Shown here in pieces: positions 1-9,225 of a stretch of DNA of 64,000 bases (the stretch's first letter is position 1; each line of letters begins with the position of its first letter). Below the pieces are notes generated by a model. That model made no database searches and was not told the origin of the DNA. It saw only the letters and a program-made list of their open reading frames with translations. The stretch is from a virus. The stretch lies in the IMG/VR virus record IMGVR_UViG_3300045131_002362, positions 22,709-86,708 of that record; one strand, written 5' to 3'. Made by a program: the position numbers and the translations under genes.

Positions 1-212
1 AGCGTCTGCCGGGACTTGCCCGGCGACGTTTTGCGTATGCACACGGTGCAGTGCAGGATCTCCTTGCCGGCGTTGGCCGGGCGCCAACCGGGCAGCGCGC
101 CGCAGTGGCCGCACTTGCTCGGCGTCACGCGGGCCTCCGTGCGCCGCCCGAACACCACCCCGCGCTCGGCAAGCCGCCGCACGCCCTCCGCATCATCACA
201 GATATCGCTCAT
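1..212 (-). CDS. small zinc-ribbon protein, truncated by window edge
   Basis: ATG at 212 overlaps the stop of the upstream gene (ATGA-type); translation MSDICDDAEGVRR...KCGHCG...HCTVC has two CxxC pairs. Confidence 0.5.
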   Translation of the reverse strand, partial: MSDICDDAEGVRRLAERGVVFGRRTEARVTPSKCGHCGALPGWRPANAGKEILHCTVCIRKTSPGKSRQT

Positions 213-463
213 ATCGCCTCACCCTTCTTTTTTATGTCGCCCTGCCGATACACATCCAGCGACTTCACCGTTCCGTCGGAACACACAACGTTGATGCCGA
301 CGTATACGTCGAATCTGATCGTCACGAGCCACAGCATCTTGCCGAAGATTCTAAAAAGAGCCCGTCCGTCCACGCCGACGCAGATCTCTTCTTCAAAGAC
401 AAGTCCGACCTGCCAGAAGTATCTGTGCGGATTTTTGAACGTCAGCTTTCTCTGGTTTCGCAT
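209..463 (-). CDS. hypothetical protein
   Basis: ATG at 463 is coupled to the helicase stop (TGATG); MRNQRKLTFKNPHRYFW... Confidence 0.55.
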   Translation of the reverse strand: MRNQRKLTFKNPHRYFWQVGLVFEEEICVGVDGRALFRIFGKMLWLVTIRFDVYVGINVVCSDGTVKSLDVYRQGDIKKKGEAI

Positions 464-2124
464 CAGTCTCTCTCCTTGTAAGACTCCTGTTTGATCTTGC
501 AGAACACGGGCATGCTGAACGCGAACGCGTCCTGCACCTCGTGCCACTGACAGCACAGCGCCTGATGCTCGGGGTCGAAGCCACCCTTGCGGGCATACAG
601 CATCGACATCCGCATGACGTGCGCGCGCCGCTCTTGGATCGTCTGGTTGATCGTGACCATCCAGGTGCAGTTGTCAGCCGCCTTCGTCGAGCGCCCGATC
701 ATCCTGCGCGTGAGCGTCTCGGCCCCGTCGCTAGACCGATTGGTCTGCGTCGCGGTGATAAGCAGGATCTTTAGCTTCGTGCGCAGAGAGCTGAGACCTT
801 CCCAAATGCGCCGCAGGCCGTCGTGGTCCTTGTCCGTGTCGCGCCCAGCCTCCTGCTGCATCAGATCGGCGTAGTCGAGTACGACGACGCGCGGCACGAA
901 GTTCTCCGTCCTGTCCAGCATCGTGAGCATGTCGTGAAGCCCGCTCACGCTGAGCGAACCAGAGGAGCAGGGGGCGATCTTGAGCTTGCCGCCGGCCATG
1001 GCACACTCGAGATTGAAGCGGCGCTTGGTCTCGCTGAGCGTCGCCCTGTCGATCAGATCCACGTCGATTCGCCGCCACCAGATCGCGCTCTTCCAGCGCT
1101 TGCGGCGCTCCGCGTCCTCGGCGGTCCCGTCGTTGCGAGGGAAGCACCGACAGCATGGCGTGTACAGCCGGCCGTCGATCGCCCGCGCGCCGTCCGCCGT
1201 TCCCTCTGCGAGATCCATCGGCGTAGCCCCGCACTCGATCATGATCTTCCAGTCCTTGACTTGCCGTGGGACGCCGGACTGCCCGATCGGACATGTGCCA
1301 TTGGCGTTGTGTGCGCAGTCGGGAACCGGCACGGCGAAAGGCCCGGCGTACTCGGGCTCGACCGCCCGGCACGTCAGGTTCGTCGCCACGCGCCCGTTCA
1401 GCTCTTCCTTGTCCTCGTCGCCCGTGCCGATGAACAGGGTCGGCTCGTGTCTGGCGGCGGCGATGGCGACCGTCATGAGTCCGGTCGTCTTGCCGATCTT
1501 CTGATCAGCCAGAATGACGCCGAAGCCGCCCGGCTTCAATCGGCGGTTCAAAAGCCTGCCGACCTCGCCATCCAGAAGGAAAAGCGGGGGCGTCGACTCG
1601 GCGAGCGCGAGGATCGCGTCCTCGTCCTCCAGCGCATCCTTGCACTCGATCGCCGCGTCGCTGAACGATGAGAACTCTTTGCGCGCCTTCGCCGCGATCC
1701 GGTTGGCACGCTCGGCGTCACCGGTTGCCCGTATCCGCTCCGCGTCGGCGAGCTGCTCGGCCAACAGCGTGTTATGCCGGCTTGCGAGATACTTACGGGC
1801 CTTCTCCGTTTGCCACGATGTAGGCTTGTGCGTACGGCCTCCCGGCAGCCCCGGAAACTCCAGAGAGCGGAACCATGAACGCGCCGCTGCCGACTTCAGC
1901 ACCTCGGCGGCACCGTCGCCGCTCTCGGCCGGCGCTGCCTTGTGCGCTTTGGCGAACTCGCCGCATTCGCGGAAGAAGTCCTCGCCAGCGATGCCGTTAA
2001 ACAGGACGACCTTGGTGGCGAATGGGGCGAACCAAGCGGCGAAGCTCTTGTCGTGCCAAGCCGAGCGGGCCAGATCCGCCTCGATGTCGGCCGGGTCTGT
2101 CACGGAAACCGTTTCGTCACTCAT
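463..2124 (-). CDS. DnaB-like (SF4) replicative helicase with Cys-rich insertion
   Basis: Walker A ADQKIGKTT; Walker B VVVLDYADLM; ITATQTNR; ADNCTWMVTI resembles DnaB motif 4. Confidence 0.85.
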   Translation of the reverse strand: MSDETVSVTDPADIEADLARSAWHDKSFAAWFAPFATKVVLFNGIAGEDFFRECGEFAKAHKAAPAESGDGAAEVLKSAAARSWFRSLEFPGLPGGRTHKPTSWQTEKARKYLASRHNTLLAEQLADAERIRATGDAERANRIAAKARKEFSSFSDAAIECKDALEDEDAILALAESTPPLFLLDGEVGRLLNRRLKPGGFGVILADQKIGKTTGLMTVAIAAARHEPTLFIGTGDEDKEELNGRVATNLTCRAVEPEYAGPFAVPVPDCAHNANGTCPIGQSGVPRQVKDWKIMIECGATPMDLAEGTADGARAIDGRLYTPCCRCFPRNDGTAEDAERRKRWKSAIWWRRIDVDLIDRATLSETKRRFNLECAMAGGKLKIAPCSSGSLSVSGLHDMLTMLDRTENFVPRVVVLDYADLMQQEAGRDTDKDHDGLRRIWEGLSSLRTKLKILLITATQTNRSSDGAETLTRRMIGRSTKAADNCTWMVTINQTIQERRAHVMRMSMLYARKGGFDPEHQALCCQWHEVQDAFAFSMPVFCKIKQESYKERD

Positions 2125-2473
2125 CGTAAAGACCTTTCACGGCCAAAATATCGCGGAACAGTTTTTCCGGCGCAACTTCCGTTGGCACACGATCGCATGC
2201 CGCACGCCAGATGAGCATCGTCGCCGGGCCATGTTTAGCGATTAGCTTGCGCAGCATCTCCTGATCCGGCATTGTGAATTTGTGCGCCGCTGTGGGCAGC
2301 GGCAGCCGCATGCGGTCGTGCAGCGTGAGCCACATGGCCGAGAGCGTCTTCGTCAGCTCTAACAGGGGCGCGTCCGCCGCGCAAGCCTCGTGACGGTCAA
2401 ACCACCGCTCGGGAGGCGGCGTCCATACCGGCGGATCTTCAGGTAGGTCTTTCACTCCGGCACTTCCTTCCAT
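2117..2473 (-). CDS. hypothetical protein
   Basis: ORF tightly packed in the operon and overlapping the helicase start; start uncertain. Confidence 0.5.
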   Translation of the reverse strand: MEGSAGVKDLPEDPPVWTPPPERWFDRHEACAADAPLLELTKTLSAMWLTLHDRMRLPLPTAAHKFTMPDQEMLRKLIAKHGPATMLIWRAACDRVPTEVAPEKLFRDILAVKGLYDE

Positions 2474-2817
2474 CCGTTCGTTCCGGCCACGCTGTCCAGC
2501 AGCCGCTGCACCGCGACAGGGTTGCCGGCGATGGCGAACTGCTTCGCCGCCTTGCGGTTGCCGCCCTCGTTGGTCCTGATAACGACCCACTTCCCATTGC
2601 GAGCGGACTTCTCGACGCCGTACACGTTGCGCTCTTCGTCGACGTACTTCCTCATCCTCACTACGCTCTCGCTCATTCCATCCTCCTTTTCAAACCGTTT
2701 TGTCTCGAATTCATCATGAACCGTCATGATGAATTTCTTGTCCATCGATACGACTATCCCAACCACACGATCACCATGGGCGTTGCCCGGATCGAAGGCG
2801 ATGTAAGTTCCGCTCAC
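2452..2817 (-). CDS. hypothetical protein (possibly starts internally at MSESVVR)
   Basis: ORF track; overlapping start/stop junctions with neighbours. Confidence 0.5.
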   Translation of the reverse strand: MSGTYIAFDPGNAHGDRVVGIVVSMDKKFIMTVHDEFETKRFEKEDGMSESVVRMRKYVDEERNVYGVEKSARNGKWVVIRTNEGGNRKAAKQFAIAGNPVAVQRLLDSVAGTNGWKEVPE

Positions 2818-3140
2818 TTCGCCACCTCGATGTTCTCCACGTCTTCAACTATGGCCAACGCCAATAGGGCCAGCGCGATTCTGACTCGCTCGTGGTTCCC
2901 TCCACCGGCAAAGGTGCGCGCCCTAAAAGTTGGTGAGCCGAAACCTCCACCGCACGCATCTGCCATCGGATGCTTGACCATATCCATGTGCAGATCTCCT
3001 TGGTTATCTGCGATGAGGGTCAAGATGCTTTCGCGGTCGTCGCACTCCACAACGTGATCGGTCCCCGTGCCGATTGATCGCCACAAAGCCGCCCAGTCCA
3101 CCTTTACGCACTTGTCGAAAACCGAAGTTGGTTTCTTCAT
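2814..3140 (-). CDS. hypothetical protein
   Basis: AAGGGG RBS before ATG 3140 (MKKPTSVF...); stop overlaps the next start. Confidence 0.55.
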   Translation of the reverse strand: MKKPTSVFDKCVKVDWAALWRSIGTGTDHVVECDDRESILTLIADNQGDLHMDMVKHPMADACGGGFGSPTFRARTFAGGGNHERVRIALALLALAIVEDVENIEVAK

Positions 3141-3148
3141 TTTCCCCT

Positions 3149-5656
3149 TTATCCGGCCAGGCCGGTCTTCTGTCTCCAGTACGACATGATGCCGTTCGTC
3201 TCGGCAACGTCCAGCCCGCACGACATGCACGCATCGCGCAGTCGGCGACCCCATGAGGACAGCGGCTGCACGCCGCGCTCCTGGCACGAGAGCACCACGT
3301 TGGCGACGGCCTTGACCGCCGTGTTGTGCCGCGTGTTGTTCTCGGCGTTCTGGATGCGCTCGCATGACTTGTCAACGACCACTTCCATAAACCGCTCGTT
3401 GCGGATCTGCTCGTCGGCGGTATTTTCCCGCTGCTCGCACGGCTTCAGGCTCGCGCGGCTCACGGCGAACGTCGGCGCCTTCCACTCGAACGGAGCGGGC
3501 AGCACGCCGCCCAGCGCCTCGTCTGTGACCCGGCAGTCCGGATCATACGCCAGCGTGCGCCCGACAGTCGGCAGCCGCGTGCCGTCGTCGCTCGGCATGC
3601 AGAGGCGCTCCTCGCAGGCCGTCCGTATTGTGCGGTTCGCCGCCTGATACGTGTCATAGTCCTTTATGCCGTCGCCGGCGTTGAAGATTGCCCATGCGCC
3701 GTCGCCACGGGATGACAGCGCGCCGATTACGAAGCCGGGCATCTCGGCCAGCGCGTCGCGCACCTGCGCAGGCGTCAGCCCGTTGCCCTGCTCGGCGATG
3801 TGGTCGAAGTCGACGTGCGTGAGACCCGTGTATCCGACGATATTCTCGACGCGGCTGAAACGGTCGAACTTCGTGCCTGGGAATATCTGCCGCAGGCACA
3901 GGCGCTTGTCCGCCTTGCCGGCCCGCACGGCCTCCGTCGACTTCTTCAGCGCCTCGTCGCCAGTAATGTACGCCCACAGCGCCGCCACGCCCATGCGCTC
4001 GCGCTCAACATAGAATGCCCGCATACGCGGCTTGTACTGCATCGCGAGCCCTGACTCAACGGGCGCTTCGGCCACAGGCTCTGCCGTTTCCTCATCCGTG
4101 TCCTCAGTGGGCGGCTCCGTGTCGTCCGGAGAAGGATCACACACCGGGGGCGGCGGAATCGGATCTGCCGAAAGCGGCTCGACCCACTCCTCGCGGGCCG
4201 TGCTCATCTCGGCGATCGCCTTGAACCGGTACGCGTCCGGGGACCAGGAGAAGCCCTTGTCCGTCCGGTAGTCGCGATAGTCGCTGTACAGCAGCCCGCC
4301 TGCCGCCCCGCTGTTGACCACGAAGTAATCGTGATCGGCGGGCGACAGGAGATGCTGCGCGTCGATCGTGCGCCGGGCCACGGCCACGGGCCGCCAACCC
4401 TCGTCCAGATAGCGCTGAGCGCGCACCAGAAGCGCCCAGCCGACGCAGGTGCGAAGCTCGCCCATCGTCCAGCCGGTGCGCTCCTGCACGCCATCCAGCA
4501 TCTTGCGCAGCGACGTGCCTCCGTCGCTCACTTCCGCAGCGACGAAGAACTCAACGCGACGCGAGCGCGGACTGTCGATCGGCAGCGGCGAAAGATGGTT
4601 GGACGACAGCAGCTTCAGCGAGTTGTCACGGACAGAGCGCTTCGCGACATACTTCTCCTCGGCGGTCTTCCATCCCGCGTCGGCGAACGCCTTCACGTCC
4701 TCCGCAGTGTACCGCTCGCTCGCTGAGGACAGCGCCTCGGTGAGCACGCAGACGGACGACTCGTACAGGGGCAGCAGGTTGCCGCCGGCAAGGGCCGTGG
4801 TCGGCACCGTTACGACGGCATCCCTCGGCACCAGCGCCGCCAGTGACTCATGCAGCAGCGACTTGCCCGTACCCTGCCCGCCGTTCGTCGACGTGAAGCA
4901 GAAAAGCTTGAGGCAGCGGAAGCTGCCGAAGTCGCGCAGCGCCAGCAGGTGCGCTCCGGCGTCCAGCACAAACGCCTGCTGCTTGCGCAGGGCGTTCTCT
5001 GGATCGCCGTCCGTGATCGTGCGTGCCAGGACCTCGTCCAGGATCGCTTCGGCGTCCACGCCGCTGCCGTACTTGGTCGGCTTCTCGGCGATAACCGGCG
5101 GTCTGCCGTAGGCGCAGTTGACGCTCTTGCGGCCCATCACGTCGATGATCTTGTCCGCCCACATGGCGCGGTCGGAGGCGACCCCGTAGAGGTCGTAGTC
5201 CGGGCGGTGCGTCGACCACCACGTCCCGAACGGCACCGGCATGGCCTCTGTCTTGCCCGTCTTTTTATCCGTCCTCGTGCCGCGCACCCATTCGTGTACG
5301 TCGGCAGGCGCAAGCGTGGCCGCGTCCTTGACCGACCAGAAGCCGACCGTGCGCTTCCCATCCTCCATGACGGGGTAGTAGGTCGAGCAGAACAGGTCGG
5401 CGAACTCCGGCAGCCCGTCCGCACACGGCTGCGGGTCGCCCGGCGCGATCGCCTGCGCCACGGCTCTGCTGGACCGGCACACCGAGGCCAGCCGCAGCAG
5501 ATCCGAGCGCTGCGAGTCCGACATCTCGCTGGCGTTTTGAGGTAGTGAGGCGCAGAGGTCGGTGATCTTCGACGCAAAATGCTTGGCGCGGCTGCCGGAG
5601 CGCAGCGCCGTCTCGATAATCCCGTTTGATTTTGTCATGTCGTTCCCGAGGATCAA
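3149..5656 (-). CDS. helicase-primase fusion: SF3/DUF5906-like NTPase followed by a BT4734/VirE-N-like AEP primase domain
   Basis: Walker A GGQGTGKS, VCVLTE, EEKYVAKR and LLSSNH are SF3 helicase motifs; Pro/acidic linker; then YTGLTHVDFDH and SSRGDGAWAIF (AEP-like) and a helical PriCT-like tail. Confidence 0.8.
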   Translation of the reverse strand: MILGNDMTKSNGIIETALRSGSRAKHFASKITDLCASLPQNASEMSDSQRSDLLRLASVCRSSRAVAQAIAPGDPQPCADGLPEFADLFCSTYYPVMEDGKRTVGFWSVKDAATLAPADVHEWVRGTRTDKKTGKTEAMPVPFGTWWSTHRPDYDLYGVASDRAMWADKIIDVMGRKSVNCAYGRPPVIAEKPTKYGSGVDAEAILDEVLARTITDGDPENALRKQQAFVLDAGAHLLALRDFGSFRCLKLFCFTSTNGGQGTGKSLLHESLAALVPRDAVVTVPTTALAGGNLLPLYESSVCVLTEALSSASERYTAEDVKAFADAGWKTAEEKYVAKRSVRDNSLKLLSSNHLSPLPIDSPRSRRVEFFVAAEVSDGGTSLRKMLDGVQERTGWTMGELRTCVGWALLVRAQRYLDEGWRPVAVARRTIDAQHLLSPADHDYFVVNSGAAGGLLYSDYRDYRTDKGFSWSPDAYRFKAIAEMSTAREEWVEPLSADPIPPPPVCDPSPDDTEPPTEDTDEETAEPVAEAPVESGLAMQYKPRMRAFYVERERMGVAALWAYITGDEALKKSTEAVRAGKADKRLCLRQIFPGTKFDRFSRVENIVGYTGLTHVDFDHIAEQGNGLTPAQVRDALAEMPGFVIGALSSRGDGAWAIFNAGDGIKDYDTYQAANRTIRTACEERLCMPSDDGTRLPTVGRTLAYDPDCRVTDEALGGVLPAPFEWKAPTFAVSRASLKPCEQRENTADEQIRNERFMEVVVDKSCERIQNAENNTRHNTAVKAVANVVLSCQERGVQPLSSWGRRLRDACMSCGLDVAETNGIMSYWRQKTGLAG

Positions 5657-5949
5657 AGGCGTTTGCAGTCGATGCAGCCGCAGATGCTGTGCCGATAGAG
5701 CAACCCGCCGTCTTCCGGATGAAGTGAGCGTTCGTATCGAGTCCTTGCTTCACAGTTCGGCAGAGGGCTCCAGTTTGTGTCGATATGGCCAGAGTCGAAC
5801 AGAAGAGAGAGCATAGCTTTCGGCGAATCCGTGTCTCCGGCGATCAGCGTCCTGTCCTGCTTGCCGTCCGCGAACATCTCCAGCATCTGTCCTGTGATCT
5901 CGTTCAGCGCGAAGCGCGCTCCGTTTGCCCTGATTTGTTCAATGGTCAT
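5653..5949 (-). CDS. hypothetical protein with C-terminal Cys cluster
   Basis: ORF with RBS; ends HSICGCIDC. Confidence 0.55.
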   Translation of the reverse strand: MTIEQIRANGARFALNEITGQMLEMFADGKQDRTLIAGDTDSPKAMLSLLFDSGHIDTNWSPLPNCEARTRYERSLHPEDGGLLYRHSICGCIDCKRL

Positions 5950-5961
5950 TTTGAGTTCCCT

Positions 5962-6309
5962 TCACTTCCCGTTTTCAAACTCGTGCAGCCGATTGATAAG
6001 CCACGACTTGCCCGTACGCGGCGCCATCGAGTAGATCAGCCGAACGACCGTCTTCTGCCAGACGCAGAGGTGTTGGCGATGCCTTTCGACAAGCCACTTC
6101 TCAAAGCGGCCTGTGCAATCCGGCGAGCGACACACACCATTTTGTGCTCGGACAAGCTCCGACAGCATCAGAACGCGACTCCATTCGACGCCTCTGCTGG
6201 CGTCGTCTGTGGCGCTATTCGCAAAAGGTCTGAGCGCGTCGATCGCGTCCAGAAGATTTTCGAGCGTACCGTGTATCTGGCTTTCCTCCATCATTGTCGA
6301 ACTTAACAT
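5962..6309 (-). CDS. hypothetical protein
   Basis: GGAG RBS; contains a terminase-like APRTGKS fragment but is too short to call. Confidence 0.5.
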   Translation of the reverse strand: MLSSTMMEESQIHGTLENLLDAIDALRPFANSATDDASRGVEWSRVLMLSELVRAQNGVCRSPDCTGRFEKWLVERHRQHLCVWQKTVVRLIYSMAPRTGKSWLINRLHEFENGK

Positions 6310-6318
6310 TGTGGTCTC

Positions 6319-7473
6319 CTATTCGTATCTCGACGGACGACCACCGAAGGTCTTGTCCACGAGCAGCTTCTCGTTCGCGTCCCAGCGGGCCTTGACGGCC
6401 TCGACAACCTTGGCGATCAGCCCGTTCGTCTCGACGAACAGCGCCGCGTCCTTGCCGACGTACTCGATACCGATCTTGCGCAGGTCGTAGCCTTGCGGCA
6501 CTATCTTTTTCTTTCTGCCGCCCTCCTCTTCCTTCTCTTCCTCCTCGTCCTTCTTTTTTCCGTCCACGGTGCCGTAGACCTTCTTCGCCTTTTCGTCCTT
6601 CGGCGGCGGATCAGGCTTGATGACGCCCTCGGACCAGAGCCAGTCGAGGTTGGCGCGGGTGTCGTCGATGCCGTAGGCGGGCATGATGGGGAACCAGACT
6701 TCGCGGGCCTTACCGTTGGCCTTGCTGCGGGCAATCTTCGCGATCGTCCAGTCGCCGACCTTCACAGTGCCCTCCTTGATCTGCCCGCCCTTGCTGAGCC
6801 ACATTTCGATGAAGGCGAAGAAGCCGAGCGCCTTGCCGCCGCCACGGATCTTCGGTGCGAACATGGCGCCCTTGCCAATAGCCTCGGCAGCCTGCGACAG
6901 GTAGATTAGGAAAGAGCCGTTCATCGGCAGGTTGCCCGCGAGGCGGCGCAGAAGGTACTTGTTCGCCACGGCCCGCAGCGCAAGCGCGCCGCCGCTGTCG
7001 CCCTTCGCATCGTTAGCGTACTCCTGCTCGGCGATGAGCGTGTCCATGCTGTCGATCACGAAGAACTGCGGCTTCTTCTCCATCCACGCGAGCATCTTGA
7101 GCGCCAGGTTTTGTGTCGACCATTCCTTGTCGTACGGGATCGGGATGATCTCAAGCGCAGCAGCGAACTTCTTACCGAACAGCGCCGCCGTGTTGAAACA
7201 GTAGGCGTTCTCCGCATCCAGCAGCTTGTAATCGAAGTGATTGCCGTAGCGCTTGAACGTCTCGGCCATCGACGCGATCGCCTGCATCGTCTTGCCGGCG
7301 TTCCTGTCGCCGATGCTGTTGACGCCCTGTCCAGCGCGGCAGAAGCCGTCCGTTGTGTCGGTACACGCGAGGTCGAGAAGCGTCGAGCCGCTCGGGATAA
7401 TGAGCCCAGGAGCGGCGGTCGCGATCTCCATGACGCTCTCGGCGTCGATCGCGTTGGTCTTTCTCTTTGCCAT
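6319..7473 (-). CDS. RecA/UvsX-like recombinase
   Basis: IPSGSTLLDLA, Walker A GDRNAGKT, DAENA, Walker B FVIDSM, IYLSQ, GGGKALGFFA, YGIDD are all RecA-family motifs. Confidence 0.9.
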   Translation of the reverse strand: MAKRKTNAIDAESVMEIATAAPGLIIPSGSTLLDLACTDTTDGFCRAGQGVNSIGDRNAGKTMQAIASMAETFKRYGNHFDYKLLDAENAYCFNTAALFGKKFAAALEIIPIPYDKEWSTQNLALKMLAWMEKKPQFFVIDSMDTLIAEQEYANDAKGDSGGALALRAVANKYLLRRLAGNLPMNGSFLIYLSQAAEAIGKGAMFAPKIRGGGKALGFFAFIEMWLSKGGQIKEGTVKVGDWTIAKIARSKANGKAREVWFPIMPAYGIDDTRANLDWLWSEGVIKPDPPPKDEKAKKVYGTVDGKKKDEEEEKEEEGGRKKKIVPQGYDLRKIGIEYVGKDAALFVETNGLIAKVVEAVKARWDANEKLLVDKTFGGRPSRYE

Positions 7474-7661
7474 AGTCTATTCTCCAACTTTTTGAACGTA
7501 ATCGATCAGGCACGGTCCGCAATGGCGGATGTCGCGCCGCAACACCTTGGACGGATCTCTCGGCTGGGTCGCCGTTACGATGCAGCGACCTTCGCGCTGT
7601 GCATTCTCGGACAGCGCCAGAAGTTCTTGCCAGTGCTGCTCATAGCTTTTCATGATTCTCC

Positions 7662-8225
7662 TTAAAAGGGAACGTCGCCAGCCTTATAGGTCGTCGGCTG
7701 TGCTTTCGGCACAATCACAGGAATTGGTACCGGAGCGCTCAACACAGTATAGTTGTCTCTGGTCACTTCGACCCCAGCAAGCGCGAAGGATGTTTTGACC
7801 ATCGCCACGATCGTCTGGAACATCGCGTGCCGCTGCTGACGCCAGCACTGATGCGGCAGAGACTTGTAAATCTCTCCAGCCCTGCGCCAGACAGCATAGT
7901 CCAGCGGATGCAGAAAGACGAAGTTGACGCGCAGCGTATCGCCTCCGAATTTAACGTCCGCGTGTACCCCGCTATTGTAATCGCTGCGGTCGATGTGTAC
8001 GCAGGCCGCTTCGAGATAGCTCTCGACATCCTGGCGAAACATGACTGACACCGCGAGATCGATGTCGCTGTCCTCACCGGCCTCATCGAACGCCACCGAT
8101 CCTGTCAGAAACATCTCCTGCATAATCGCAAACGACGCGCCGAATGTCGCCCGCACAAACTGTTCTGCGTCTTCGGCAGTCGGCTTCCGCGTGGAACCGC
8201 TACACTTTTCCTGCATGTTCGTCAT
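7662..8225 (-). CDS. Pol-beta superfamily (minimal) nucleotidyltransferase
   Basis: FLTGSVAFDEAGEDSDIDLAV matches the hGS-x-DxD signature. Confidence 0.75.
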   Translation of the reverse strand: MTNMQEKCSGSTRKPTAEDAEQFVRATFGASFAIMQEMFLTGSVAFDEAGEDSDIDLAVSVMFRQDVESYLEAACVHIDRSDYNSGVHADVKFGGDTLRVNFVFLHPLDYAVWRRAGEIYKSLPHQCWRQQRHAMFQTIVAMVKTSFALAGVEVTRDNYTVLSAPVPIPVIVPKAQPTTYKAGDVPF

Positions 8226-8236
8226 CCTTTTGCTAA

Positions 8237-8310
8237 TGGCTGCGCCGGAAGGACTCGAACCTTCTCACCGGGGATCAAAGCCCCGTATGCTGCCATTACA
8301 TCACAGCGCA
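8237..8310 (-). tRNA. tRNA-Gln (UUG)
   Basis: Reverse complement TGCGCTG...CGGGG-CTTTGAT-CCCCG...GGTTCGAGTCC...CGGCGCAGCCA gives a cloverleaf with anticodon TTG, T-loop TTCGA and encoded CCA. Confidence 0.93.
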
Positions 8311-8311
8311 A

Positions 8312-8643
8312 TGGTGGAGGCGGGGGGAATTGAACCCCCGTCCGCCGATTGCTATACGTTGAAGCTACGCGCGTGTCCCGATTAGGTCGGGCAACCGAGA
8401 GCGACCCGGCAACAACTCCGAGCCTTCCACCATCCCGTTCCTTGGTCTACGGGCAACCGTCACGTTCCCTTTCGATGATTCGGTTCACCGCCGCTCAGGG
8501 TGCAGCGGGAACTATAGCGGCGATTAGGCCGCGATTTTCTCAGGCATGGCCTTTGAAGTTTTGCCTTGATTTTTACGTGGCCATCTAGGCTACCACGGCA
8601 CGCATCAACGTAATCGAAACCGGCGTCGAAACCTGACGCCCCC
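8312..8643 (-). ncRNA. ssrA: tmRNA
   Basis: 5' GGGGGCGTCAGGTTTCGAC pairs with 3' CGCCTCC-ACCA including the G3:U wobble (alanine identity); T-arm GGGGGTTCAATTCCCCC; internal tag frame ...GGC AAA ACT TCA AAG GCC ATG CCT GAG AAA ATC GCG GCC TAA. Confidence 0.92.
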
Positions 8644-8762
8644 GTAAATCGTTGCCGTCTATCCGGCTGTCGTTCTTGTTTGGAAAAGAGACCCATGCGC
8701 GGGCTGTACTCCGGAAAGGCGAGGGCAGACAATCCCTCAACCGCGCAGGGGTCTTTAGCTGT

Positions 8763-9188
8763 TTAACGCTCGTTGAGGCCGATGGGCCGCTGGCCCTGCA
8801 TCCACGTCTTGAACAGGCCGTACGCGCGGTCGACGTTTTCGAGCGACGCCTTGATGCCAGTGACACGGGCGGTCAGCTTAGCCTCCTTCAGGCGCAGCGC
8901 GTTGACGTTGCTGTCGGCCGCGACGGCCGCCGCGATGTATCCCGCGAGCCCGGTCATCTTCAGCCCTTGGACGTGGATTGACATCTCCACATCCGCCTCG
9001 GCCTTGCCCAGCGCAACCCTGACCTCGGCGAGGTAGTCGTTCTCCTGCTGGTAAAGCTGGACGAGATCGTCGCCAGCCTTCGTGATGTTCTGGCAGGTGC
9101 ATTCCTGCGCGGAAAAGTCCAGCGCCAGCTTGGTCGGTCCGGGCTTCACTCCAACTGTTGCATCGTTCATGTTCGTCTCCTTGTGCAT
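8763..9188 (-). CDS. helical protein, possibly UvsY-like recombination mediator
   Basis: ~135-aa coiled-coil protein in the recombination module; first gene after a conserved promoter; family call is inference. Confidence 0.4.
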   Translation of the reverse strand: MHKETNMNDATVGVKPGPTKLALDFSAQECTCQNITKAGDDLVQLYQQENDYLAEVRVALGKAEADVEMSIHVQGLKMTGLAGYIAAAVAADSNVNALRLKEAKLTARVTGIKASLENVDRAYGLFKTWMQGQRPIGLNER

Positions 9189-9217
9189 TATATCCGAACG
9201 CGGGCCATTCCCGCGCC
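9186..9217 (-). promoter_or_regulatory. putative phage middle promoter, copy 1
   Basis: GGCGCGGGAA-N9-TTCGGATATAATG; matches copies at 12983 and 24912. Confidence 0.75.
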
Positions 9218-9225
9218 AGAGTTGT

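Noticed and set aside
8237-8643. tmRNA/tRNA as a prophage attachment site or host boundary
   Set aside because: Phage replication genes continue on both sides in the same orientation; I found no integrase, no duplicated 3' end and no host genes.
8460-8732. 90-aa ORF on the minus strand
   Set aside because: It overlaps the tmRNA; the meaningful frame is the tag frame.
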